64,000 nucleotides of DNA. It comes from Minisyncoccota bacterium. GTDB taxonomy: Bacteria; Patescibacteriota; Minisyncoccia; Phycocordibacterales; UBA9973. The position numbers were made by a program, and so were the translations under genes. This document shows positions 29,544 through 38,264 of this stretch, piece after piece. How positions within the stretch are numbered: position 1 is the stretch's first letter; the number at the start of each line of letters is the position of its first letter. A model generated the notes under the pieces. The model had not been told where the DNA came from. It searched no databases and was given only the letters and a program-made list of their open reading frames with translations. Location: contig JBAZYS010000001.1 in assembly GCA_041659205.1 (NCBI GenBank), positions 54,090 through 118,089 on the forward strand, given 5' to 3'.

Positions 29544-31525
29544 AATAAAACGTAATCTATCGTCTTTCTTTCTAAGTTTACTTCTTTTACTTTTATTTTT
29601 ACTTTATCACCTAGGCGATACCTCTTTTTCTTTTTCTGTCCGACGAGTTCTAATTTTTTTTCATTGAAAATATAAAAATCGCCACTCATATCTCGTACTC
29701 GCACGAGTCCTTCACATTTTGTTTCCAACTCCTCGACATACATACCCCATTCGGTCATTCCGCTGATTACTCCTTCGAAACTTTTCCCTATCCGCTTTGA
29801 CATATATTCTACTTGTTTGTATTTTATGGAAGCTCTTTCTGCATCTGAGGCACGTTTTTCTTGATCAGAAGAAACCAATGCAATCTTTTCATATTCCTGT
29901 AGTTCACTTATAAAATTTTCCTTTTTAACTTTATTACCCAAGAGATATTTTGTTAGAAGTCTATGGATAATGATGTCTGGATAACGTCTAATCGGGGAAG
30001 TGAAGTGCGTATAGTAAGCAAAAGCAAGCCCATAATGGCCGATATTTTTTGTAGAGTATATTGCTTTCGCCATTGAACGAATAACTGCTCTATTTACAGC
30101 GTCTGACTCATTTTTACCCTCTAAACTTAGAAGTAATTTATTTATTTCGTAAGTTGGTATCATTCCATCTTGGAGAGAAATTTTGTGGCCCAAGCTTCTT
30201 AAGAAAAACGCCAGGTCAGCCATTTTTTCTTTACTTGGGAGGTCATGGACTCTGTAGATAGACACGCTGTCGCCTTTTTCTCCTGTTTTATGGTTTTTAA
30301 AGTCTTTAATATTTTTTGGGGACAAAACTTCAGCTACTTTTTTGTTAGCTAACAACATAAACTCTTCAATTAATCTATTTGAATCACCACGTTCCTTTTT
30401 TATTACTTTGACTGGCACTCCACTTGCATCAAGCACAAATTTTACTTCTGCTTGTTCGAGAGAAATTGCACCTTTTTCAAATCTTTCCTTTGTTAGTTTT
30501 TTTGCTAAATTATTTAAAATAGAAAGTTCTTTGTGAAGTGGGGCATTTGAATTTTTAATTGCATCTTCGGCTCCTTCATAAGTAAATCTTTTTTGTGAAT
30601 GGATTACAGTACGTCCAAACCATTCAGACTTAACTTTTGCGTTTTTGTCGATAATAAAAACGGCGCTCATTGTGAGGCGGTCCTTGTCGGGGACTAAAGA
30701 GCATAAATCATTTGAAAGAATTTCTGGAAGCATTGGTATAGTTCTATCTACTAAGTAAACGGAAGTTCCTCGGCCACGGGCCTCAATGTCTAAAGCACTG
30801 TCTACCTTTACATAATAAGAAACATCAGCAATATGAATCCCAATTTCATATTCGTCAGAGTTTATTTCTTTAAAAGAAATTGCATCATCGAAATCTTTCG
30901 CATCTGAGGGGTCAATCGTAAATGTTAAGGTTTTTCTAAAGTCTCGACGTCCTACATAGTCAGATTCTTTAATTCCATTTTGTTTTATTTTCCTTGCTTC
31001 AATTTCTACTTTATTAGGAAGTTCTGAATCGAAACCTTTTTCTATCGCAATTGCATGCATTTCGGTGTCGTTGTCACCGGGTTTTCCCAAAACTTTTATT
31101 ATTTTACCAATTGGAGCCTTACTTGGATCTTTCCAAGAAATTATTTCTACGAAAACTTTTTGTCCAACTTTGGCATTATTTAAATCTTCTTTTGGAATTA
31201 AAATATCAGTATACATCTTTGTATCGTCTGGTTTAAAGAAGAATAATTTATTTTCTGTTTCCAGTATTCCCGCAAAGCGAGTTTTTGCCCGCGAAATTAT
31301 TTTTGATACTTCGGCACTTATTCGTCCACGTACTGTGGGTCCTTTGTGATGGATAACTATTTCGACAAGGTCCCCGTGGAGGGCGGTATTTAAGTGCTTG
31401 AAATCAATTTCAATGTCTTCCTCGTGACTGAGAGCTTTGACATATCCAGTGCCCTTTGAAGAGATAGAAATAATCCCTTGTAATTTGTTTAATTGTTCTT
31501 TTGTTTTGTGGTTAATTTTGTTCAT
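29540..31525 (-). CDS. rnr: ribonuclease R (RNB family 3'-5' exoribonuclease)
   Basis: N-terminal cold-shock/OB domains are present. The RNB motif is DPSDAKDFDDAISF. A C-terminal S1 domain is present. Confidence 0.88.
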   Translation of the reverse strand: MNKINHKTKEQLNKLQGIISISSKGTGYVKALSHEEDIEIDFKHLNTALHGDLVEIVIHHKGPTVRGRISAEVSKIISRAKTRFAGILETENKLFFFKPDDTKMYTDILIPKEDLNNAKVGQKVFVEIISWKDPSKAPIGKIIKVLGKPGDNDTEMHAIAIEKGFDSELPNKVEIEARKIKQNGIKESDYVGRRDFRKTLTFTIDPSDAKDFDDAISFKEINSDEYEIGIHIADVSYYVKVDSALDIEARGRGTSVYLVDRTIPMLPEILSNDLCSLVPDKDRLTMSAVFIIDKNAKVKSEWFGRTVIHSQKRFTYEGAEDAIKNSNAPLHKELSILNNLAKKLTKERFEKGAISLEQAEVKFVLDASGVPVKVIKKERGDSNRLIEEFMLLANKKVAEVLSPKNIKDFKNHKTGEKGDSVSIYRVHDLPSKEKMADLAFFLRSLGHKISLQDGMIPTYEINKLLLSLEGKNESDAVNRAVIRSMAKAIYSTKNIGHYGLAFAYYTHFTSPIRRYPDIIIHRLLTKYLLGNKVKKENFISELQEYEKIALVSSDQEKRASDAERASIKYKQVEYMSKRIGKSFEGVISGMTEWGMYVEELETKCEGLVRVRDMSGDFYIFNEKKLELVGQKKKKRYRLGDKVKIKVKEVNLERKTIDYVLL

Positions 31526-31592
31526 TATTCTATGTAATATAGCATATAAATGGGATATAGGTAAAAAAAATAGTTGAGGTATAATATATATT

Positions 31593-32975
31593 ATGAAAAA
31601 TATAAAAATGTTTTTTCTTATTTTAATAGTTTTGTTTGGGATAGGGCATTCTGTTGCTTTTGCGGCAGATCCGACTATTTCCTCAATAAGTCCTACGACT
31701 GCACATGTAGGAGATACAGTTACCTTAACAGGGACAAATTTTGGTGTGAATACTATTGTTGAATTCTTTAAAAATTACACCGATGGTACAACTGGGTTTG
31801 TGGGTGTTGGTGTCCCGCTTCCAGGAAATACTTCAACTAGTTATGCACTTACTGTTCCTCCTGGGATAAAAGGCTTAGCCACTATTCGTATTAGAAATAT
31901 GTATTCAGATATTGTAAGCAATACCATTACTTTAAATGTATTACCCATAAGTCCCGTTATTGAATATGTCGGTTCAGGTGTTGCTTATCAGGTTCCACAA
32001 AACACTGCACGTCCTGATTTAACGGAGCTATTTTTACATGGTCAGAATATTGATTCTGATTCCGTTATCGTAATTGATAATCAGATAAATGTGAATTGGG
32101 TTTATTGCACTAAAAATTTTGTAAACGATACTTGTTTTTATGTACCTTCGAGTGTTAGTGCTGGGTCGCACTCAATGCATATTAAACAAAAAGATTCCGG
32201 CCTTACTAGCAATACTGTATCTTTGACTGTTATAGATAAACCAATTATTTCTTACATTTCAAAATATCTTACGGTTGGGGCGGCAATTCAAGCTTGTGGC
32301 ATAGGATTTGATTCGAAATCTGTTGCAGTCTTTGACGGGGTGACAGAAGGTGCGCTTTTGACTCCTGGGGTGACAGTTTGTGCTAATTTTAGTATTCCTG
32401 CAACATTGAGTGCTGGCTCTCATTCGTTTCAGATTAAACAAACTGATACGAATGCATTGAGTAATTTACTCACTATTACAGTTGCTGGTGCTGTCGCTGG
32501 GACACCTCCTCCTGTTGTTCCTCCAAAATCTGATCCAATAATCAAATCTCCTCCAATTACTCCTCCAGCAGAGTGTCTCGGTGGTCCCACTGCTTGGGGA
32601 TGTAATACTCCTCCCACCACCCCTCCAATCCTTGGTTGCTCCGGTGGAAACATCTTCAACACCCAAACGGGTTTACCCTGCGTAAATAATGTAGGCAATG
32701 ACAATCAGTCTCCATCAAACTTTCCTTCACAAAGTTCAGGATCTTCGACTTACGACTTCGGTGATAAAACACTCCGTAACGGAAGCAGGGGGGAAGCAGT
32801 TAGAGAATTACAAAGATATTTAAATGATAAATTAAATCTTGGTTTAGTATTAGATGGAAAACTAGGACCAAAAACAATTGCTGTAATCAAGATGTGGCAA
32901 TCTGATCATGGCTTAGTCGCTGATGGACTCATCGGTAAGATGACTAAAGCGCAGATGCTGGCGGAGGTGAATTAG
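31593..32975 (+). CDS. secreted IPT/TIG-repeat protein with C-terminal Cys-loop plus peptidoglycan-binding (PG_binding_1-like) module; paralogue 1 of 4
   Basis: Signal peptide. IPT-like repeats include ISSISPTTAHVGDTVTLTGTNFG. A Pro-rich linker follows. The C-terminus is LGCSGGNIFNTQTGLPCVNNVGNDNQ...RNGSRGEAVRELQRYLN...DGKLGPKTIAVIKMWQ...GLVADGLIGKMT. Confidence 0.75.
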   Translation: MKNIKMFFLILIVLFGIGHSVAFAADPTISSISPTTAHVGDTVTLTGTNFGVNTIVEFFKNYTDGTTGFVGVGVPLPGNTSTSYALTVPPGIKGLATIRIRNMYSDIVSNTITLNVLPISPVIEYVGSGVAYQVPQNTARPDLTELFLHGQNIDSDSVIVIDNQINVNWVYCTKNFVNDTCFYVPSSVSAGSHSMHIKQKDSGLTSNTVSLTVIDKPIISYISKYLTVGAAIQACGIGFDSKSVAVFDGVTEGALLTPGVTVCANFSIPATLSAGSHSFQIKQTDTNALSNLLTITVAGAVAGTPPPVVPPKSDPIIKSPPITPPAECLGGPTAWGCNTPPTTPPILGCSGGNIFNTQTGLPCVNNVGNDNQSPSNFPSQSSGSSTYDFGDKTLRNGSRGEAVRELQRYLNDKLNLGLVLDGKLGPKTIAVIKMWQSDHGLVADGLIGKMTKAQMLAEVN

Positions 32976-33059
32976 ATTTAAGAAACTACAAAAGCCACTC
33001 CAGGAGAGTGGTTTTTGTTTGTGATATAATATTTATATTAGTAATTAATATTAAATTTT

Positions 33060-34982
33060 ATGAAAAAGTTAAAAGTATTTCTTTTTGTGTTAGTTGTTGT
33101 ATTAGGAGGTTTCAGTTCCGCTTTTGCAGTGACTACACCTGCTCCTGTGGTAACTATTTTGCTTCAAGACCAGCATTACAAACTTGGTTCTGGAAATTAT
33201 ATACCATCAGAATGGCTCTCTACTTTGAGTGTTCCTCAAGACCAAGACCCTGGCCGTATAATGATTAAAGGGTCTGCAACAAATGCTACTAGCTGTACTT
33301 TTGTAGGAAATGATTGGTCTGAAATTAATTCTTCTTATGTTAATAAAGTAATTTCAAATTTTCCCGGTGAAGAATTTTTGGCGATGATGGTATCAAAATT
33401 TGGAGTAGCAAATGGTGGGATGTCGAAGATTGGAACATACACTTTCTCGGTTACTTGTACAGGGCCTGGGGGGACAGGAACAGATAGAGTTACGCTAAAT
33501 ATTGTACCTCCAAATCCAAACTTTCCTTCGGCAAAACTTACAGCTTCAAAATATGCGGTTAAAGATGGAGAATCTGTCACTTTATCTTGGACTTCAGCAA
33601 ATGCAAATTCATGTTCAGGTTCTGGAAGGTGGACTATCGCAGGCGGCCCACCATATAATTCAGGTGGACCATCAGGAATTCAAATTGTAGGTCCACTTTC
33701 TAGTTCTGATTCTCCTTTTGATTTTGGTATTGATTGTTGGGGGAGTGATGGACAGGGAAATACATTAGTTAGTCCACGAAGTATTATTCTTGTGACCGCT
33801 ACTTCCGATGCACCAGTTATAACAAGCATAGATACTTCTACTCCATCTATAGGAGATACTGTTATTGTGAAAGGATCAAATTTTGATTCAAACACTATGG
33901 TTATTTTTGACAATGGGGATACTAGAGCCACTCCAACAATTATTTCTTCAACTTCTCTTAGCTTCGTTGTTCCATCTCATACCGGTTCAGGATTTAGTTA
34001 TGCTTTTAATGTTGGTACTCACAAACTTCAACTTAATAACAATGGATCATTAAGTAACTCAATTTCATTTGAAGTTGTTCCAGTTTTACAAAATACTCAT
34101 CTTACTATTGTTGAACCAGGAGGGTATAGAACTTGGAAAATTGGTAGTACTCAAATATTTAAATGGAAAACAGAAAGAGTTCCAGCTACAGCTACTGGAT
34201 ATATTAGTTTTGCGAGTGCGGGATATGGTGGGGAGGCGGTAATAAATAAAAAAATTGCAGATAATATTCCTAATACAGGGAGCTTCACATGGACTTCTGT
34301 TGGTAGGGCCGCAGACGGTTCTTCTATCCCAGCAAGTATATATCCTTATGGATTTACTGTAGTTATGAATGTTCCAGATATTGGACAGAAGGTGAGTGAT
34401 TACAAGGATCGTACTATTATTTTAAGTGAAACAGCTGGAGAAGTTTCTCCAACTCCAACTCCAACTCCAGCTCCTATACCTCTTCCTGCCCAGTGTCTGG
34501 GTGGGCCTGGAGCAACGAACAATTGTCCTGTTACAACTGGTCAATTTTGTGGGGGGATAGCAGGCATTCAATGTACTACTGGATATTCTTGTAAGCTTGA
34601 TGGTTCATATCCAGACGCAGGAGGAACTTGTATAAAAAATGTTTCTCCTAATCCAGTCTTGGGCTGCTCCGGTGGAAACATTTTCAACACTCAAACGGGA
34701 TTACCCTGCGTAAATAATGTTGGAAATGATAACCAACCTTCAGGAACACCACGTTCTTATAATTTTGGTGATAAAACACTCCGAAGTGGAAGTAGAGGAG
34801 ATGCAGTTGTAGAGTTGCAAAGATTCCTGAATGATAAATTAAATCTTGGTTTAGTATTAGACGGCAAGCTTGGACCAAAAACAATTGCTGTAATCAAGAT
34901 GTGGCAAGCTGATCATGGCTTAGTCGCTGATGGACTCATTGGTAGAATGACTAAAGCACAGATGCTGGCGGAGGTGAATTAA
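33060..34982 (+). CDS. secreted surface protein with C-terminal Cys-loop plus peptidoglycan-binding module; paralogue 2 of 4
   Basis: Signal peptide, IPT-like repeats and a PTPTPTP linker. The C-terminal module DNA is about 90-95% identical to 32635-32975. Confidence 0.75.
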   Translation: MKKLKVFLFVLVVVLGGFSSAFAVTTPAPVVTILLQDQHYKLGSGNYIPSEWLSTLSVPQDQDPGRIMIKGSATNATSCTFVGNDWSEINSSYVNKVISNFPGEEFLAMMVSKFGVANGGMSKIGTYTFSVTCTGPGGTGTDRVTLNIVPPNPNFPSAKLTASKYAVKDGESVTLSWTSANANSCSGSGRWTIAGGPPYNSGGPSGIQIVGPLSSSDSPFDFGIDCWGSDGQGNTLVSPRSIILVTATSDAPVITSIDTSTPSIGDTVIVKGSNFDSNTMVIFDNGDTRATPTIISSTSLSFVVPSHTGSGFSYAFNVGTHKLQLNNNGSLSNSISFEVVPVLQNTHLTIVEPGGYRTWKIGSTQIFKWKTERVPATATGYISFASAGYGGEAVINKKIADNIPNTGSFTWTSVGRAADGSSIPASIYPYGFTVVMNVPDIGQKVSDYKDRTIILSETAGEVSPTPTPTPAPIPLPAQCLGGPGATNNCPVTTGQFCGGIAGIQCTTGYSCKLDGSYPDAGGTCIKNVSPNPVLGCSGGNIFNTQTGLPCVNNVGNDNQPSGTPRSYNFGDKTLRSGSRGDAVVELQRFLNDKLNLGLVLDGKLGPKTIAVIKMWQADHGLVADGLIGRMTKAQMLAEVN

Positions 34983-34992
34983 ATTAATATTA

Positions 34993-35023
34993 AAAAGCGC
35001 TGCCCGAAGGCGGCGCTTTTTTT
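34993..35023 (+). terminator. rho-independent terminator
   Basis: aaaagcgctgcc-cgaa-ggcggcgcttttttt. Confidence 0.65.
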
Positions 35024-35392
35024 GTGGGATGGCTCAAGCGACTAGCCTGAGAGGAGACTGAGAAAGGAGACAGCGTCCTTTCTTGGCAGAACGAGGGATG
35101 CTCATCCTGAGGTCATGAAGACGTATCCTTCGCCTGCGAGTATTGTACCGCTCCTTACCCGACTGCCTTTTCATTTGGTTTCTCCCAAAGAAAATTGTTG
35201 AGAAGGTGAACATTCCACCGCAATGGTGAAACATTCGCAAGAAGGACTTATTCACTTTTGAGTATACTCCCATTGGGATAAAAATTGCAATTGAATACAA
35301 TTTTATTAATTTAGGTTATAATTAATGTATTAGTAATAGCGCCACGCTTTAATGGACTTTGCGCGGCATAATTTCGCAAAATTAATTATTTT

Positions 35393-38206
35393 ATGAAAAA
35401 TATTAGAATGTCGTTTCTTGTTTTGTCTGTTTTGTTTGGAATAGGGTATGTGTTTACACCTATTGCGAATGCCCAAAGTGTTGATATTCTAGGTTGCGCA
35501 AACGGAAATATTTTCAACACCCAAACTGGTTTGCTTTGTAATAACAATCAAATATCTGGAACACCTTCGTCTTATGATTTCGGTACAGTGACACTTCGTA
35601 ACGGAAGTAGGGGAGAAGCGGTGAAAGAACTTCAGAGATTTCTAAATGATAAAGAAGGACTCGGTTTAGTGATAGATGGAAAGCTCGGACCAAAAACTAT
35701 TGCTGTAATAAAAAAATGGCAAGCTGATCATGGTTTAGTTGCTGATGGGCTAGTGGGCAAGATGACAAAAGCTGAAATGAATAATGAGGCTTTAGCATTG
35801 AGTACAAACAATAGCTTATCAAATACTAATGCTAATGCTAATAATACCAATACAAATAATAATAATGTCATTAATCCTTTACCGAATCCAATACCAATAG
35901 TTACAGTTGATACTACGGCAATCCCCGTTGGAACTGGAATTAATGCTACACCGAATTTAGTAAGTATTTGGGATCGCCCCTTAGATCATGTATATGATTA
36001 TAACGGTGATCGTAACTACGACATTACCAAAGATCGTGGCTATTCAACTGTAACTTTCAAAGGAGATATTACATTAAGTTCTGCTGTGAGTGGAGGATTT
36101 TTTGAAGTTTCTTCCATAAAGCTTGTGGCTCCTAGTGGTGATGCAGGGACTTGTCTTGCTACAAATTTTTCTACTAGTTTTAATGGACAGAAAGTAGACC
36201 CAAAATATTCTGGTGGGTTAGTTCCTTCTCAGAAAGTCACTTCACTTAAATGTTATTTTGATTTTAATCAAATAGTGCGAGCCTCATCTACTGGTATAAA
36301 TGGAAATAGTATTTTTTCTCTTGATTTAGTAGTTCAAAATGTCACTGCTGGTATTAATACGCGTATTCCTAAAGCTGTTACTGCTCAGGCATTTAGTGTT
36401 TCTCATGTAAAAAGTATTTGTTCTGGTACAGATACGAAGTTTCTAACTGCTGGCGGAGGTGGTATGTTCGGAGGGGCTCCTCGAGATCCATATGCTGATG
36501 AATGTTATTTAAATTCTGATGCACCAAACAGAATAGCAGTTTATGCTTTTGGTGCGAATGAAATAAAAAAAGTAACTATCAATGATCTTCCTTGTACTAA
36601 TTTTGCAGTTCATAATTCTGCATCAAGTTCCAATAGTTCAGTCTTGCTTTGTGATGCACCTGCAATACCAAAGGGTTCAAAAATTATTATTGCCGCTGAA
36701 ACTACTAGTGGATATAAGAGTTCTGCAACTTACTTAGAAGAAGCGATAACTTCAATGCATTCAAATGCATATTTAAATGTCGTAGGTAGTTATGTAGAAT
36801 ATGCCGCATCTTGGGCTAAAATTGCGCTTGACCCTACTAAAAAAACATTGACAGACCTTGCTTTAAAGTCAGGCACAGCTGATATAAATGCTACTACTTG
36901 GAATGCTTTTTCTAGATCCTTGTCTGGTTCTTATGTAGATGCGGGTACGGTTTACAGTGAGATAACTGGAAGTAAAATTCAACCAGGGGCACGTGTATAT
37001 TACGTCATGCGCTCAGGACCACTCCTCATGTATTATCCAGAGCAAAAAGATGGAGTAGCAGGACTTACTCGCCTTGGTTCAGTTATGGGGCAGAAATTAT
37101 CTGATGGTAGTTTCCGTTTACCAGACTTAGAGAGAGATATTGCAATTGCTGCCAATAATCATCATGAGCGCACTGTTGTAACTGGAGATATCACAGATAA
37201 AATTAATACAATTGATGGGATAGTTTTTAATCCTGATGGTAGTTATGGAGTGGTGAAGGATGTGTATCGCTTACATTATGTATATAAATGTAGTGCGGCA
37301 TCCTGTAGTCCTGTCGAAGATGCAGTATCAGGGACGACACTACCTTCAAACACAATTGGTATTACAACACCGAAAGCAGGATCTAGTGTTTATCGGGATC
37401 AGCTTACTCTTATTACAAGAGGTACTGGTGCCCAGCCAGCAAATGGACGTTTAGATATATATCTTGATGGAACTTTAATTCATTCAATTCCTGAAGGCGT
37501 TAGTTTTGCTAATGGTAGTTTTGGAAATATGAATACGGCTACTTTAACTCCAGGCTCCCATACAGTAAAAGTAAATTGGCTCGACTTAGATTTGACAGGA
37601 GATAAAGTAGTTGCAACTGATTCTGTCTCATTTGTGAAGAAAACATTAGATGAACTTAAGGCAGCAGTTAGTTTTACGATTAAACCTACAACAAATTTTT
37701 CTAGTCCATTCTTTTATCGTTGGTGTGACGGTAGTGGGTGGAATTTTAATGAGCCTGTTTATCTTATGCCTACACAAGACACTATAAATGTTCAATTTAA
37801 CGATGCTAACGTTGAAACTGGACTTAGTATTACTGCACAAATAAATAATAAAGATTTAGGTTCAGCCTTAGTATCAACTGAACCAGTAAAGTTAGTCACT
37901 TATCCTACGGTAATTGGAAAAAGTTCAGGAATATTAGGTAAAATTAATTTAATTATTGTAGATTCTTCCGGTAGAACAATTATGGATGCAAGTGGAAGTT
38001 CTCCATATGTCGTTACTCAAATAACACCCACTGACTGGGACCAGGCAGGTATTTCTACCGATAGTTGTGGACCAGTAAGCTATTCAACAAATCCACCTAC
38101 CCCATATCTAAACAGTAGCGGTAATGCTTGTTTTATAACACCAGCAAAAGAAATAGAATTATTTTCTAGTACAAAAACTCCTCAACAGTTTTGTGCTACA
38201 ATTTAG
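35393..38206 (+). CDS. large secreted surface protein with the Cys-loop plus peptidoglycan-binding module at the N-terminus; paralogue 3 of 4
   Basis: A signal peptide is followed directly by ILGCANGNIFNTQTGLLCNNNQ...RNGSRGEAVKELQRFLN...DGKLGPKTIAVIKKWQ. An Asn-rich low-complexity linker follows, then about 750 aa of unknown beta-rich domains. Confidence 0.75.
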   Translation: MKNIRMSFLVLSVLFGIGYVFTPIANAQSVDILGCANGNIFNTQTGLLCNNNQISGTPSSYDFGTVTLRNGSRGEAVKELQRFLNDKEGLGLVIDGKLGPKTIAVIKKWQADHGLVADGLVGKMTKAEMNNEALALSTNNSLSNTNANANNTNTNNNNVINPLPNPIPIVTVDTTAIPVGTGINATPNLVSIWDRPLDHVYDYNGDRNYDITKDRGYSTVTFKGDITLSSAVSGGFFEVSSIKLVAPSGDAGTCLATNFSTSFNGQKVDPKYSGGLVPSQKVTSLKCYFDFNQIVRASSTGINGNSIFSLDLVVQNVTAGINTRIPKAVTAQAFSVSHVKSICSGTDTKFLTAGGGGMFGGAPRDPYADECYLNSDAPNRIAVYAFGANEIKKVTINDLPCTNFAVHNSASSSNSSVLLCDAPAIPKGSKIIIAAETTSGYKSSATYLEEAITSMHSNAYLNVVGSYVEYAASWAKIALDPTKKTLTDLALKSGTADINATTWNAFSRSLSGSYVDAGTVYSEITGSKIQPGARVYYVMRSGPLLMYYPEQKDGVAGLTRLGSVMGQKLSDGSFRLPDLERDIAIAANNHHERTVVTGDITDKINTIDGIVFNPDGSYGVVKDVYRLHYVYKCSAASCSPVEDAVSGTTLPSNTIGITTPKAGSSVYRDQLTLITRGTGAQPANGRLDIYLDGTLIHSIPEGVSFANGSFGNMNTATLTPGSHTVKVNWLDLDLTGDKVVATDSVSFVKKTLDELKAAVSFTIKPTTNFSSPFFYRWCDGSGWNFNEPVYLMPTQDTINVQFNDANVETGLSITAQINNKDLGSALVSTEPVKLVTYPTVIGKSSGILGKINLIIVDSSGRTIMDASGSSPYVVTQITPTDWDQAGISTDSCGPVSYSTNPPTPYLNSSGNACFITPAKEIELFSSTKTPQQFCATI

Positions 38207-38264
38207 TATTATTAGTTAATCCCAGAAGTAGAGCGAAACCCACTTTTGGACAAGAAAATAAATT

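Noticed and set aside
31574-31762. Cys-rich small ORFs 31574..31762 and 33008..33268 overlapping the 5' ends of surface-protein genes
   Set aside because: They are out-of-frame overlaps of the AT-rich signal-peptide regions. They have no RBS logic. The longer overlapping ORFs have clear signal peptides and conserved domains.
35024-35335. GC-rich islands at 35.0-35.3 kb and 41.6-42.0 kb as RNase P RNA, SRP RNA or tmRNA
   Set aside because: None of the conserved hallmarks I recall is present. I found no GGAAAGUCCGG-type P4 motif, no GGAAGCAGCCAAGG-like SRP domain IV, and no tRNA-like 3' end or ALAA-type tag frame. The islands are kept as unknown GC-rich islands.
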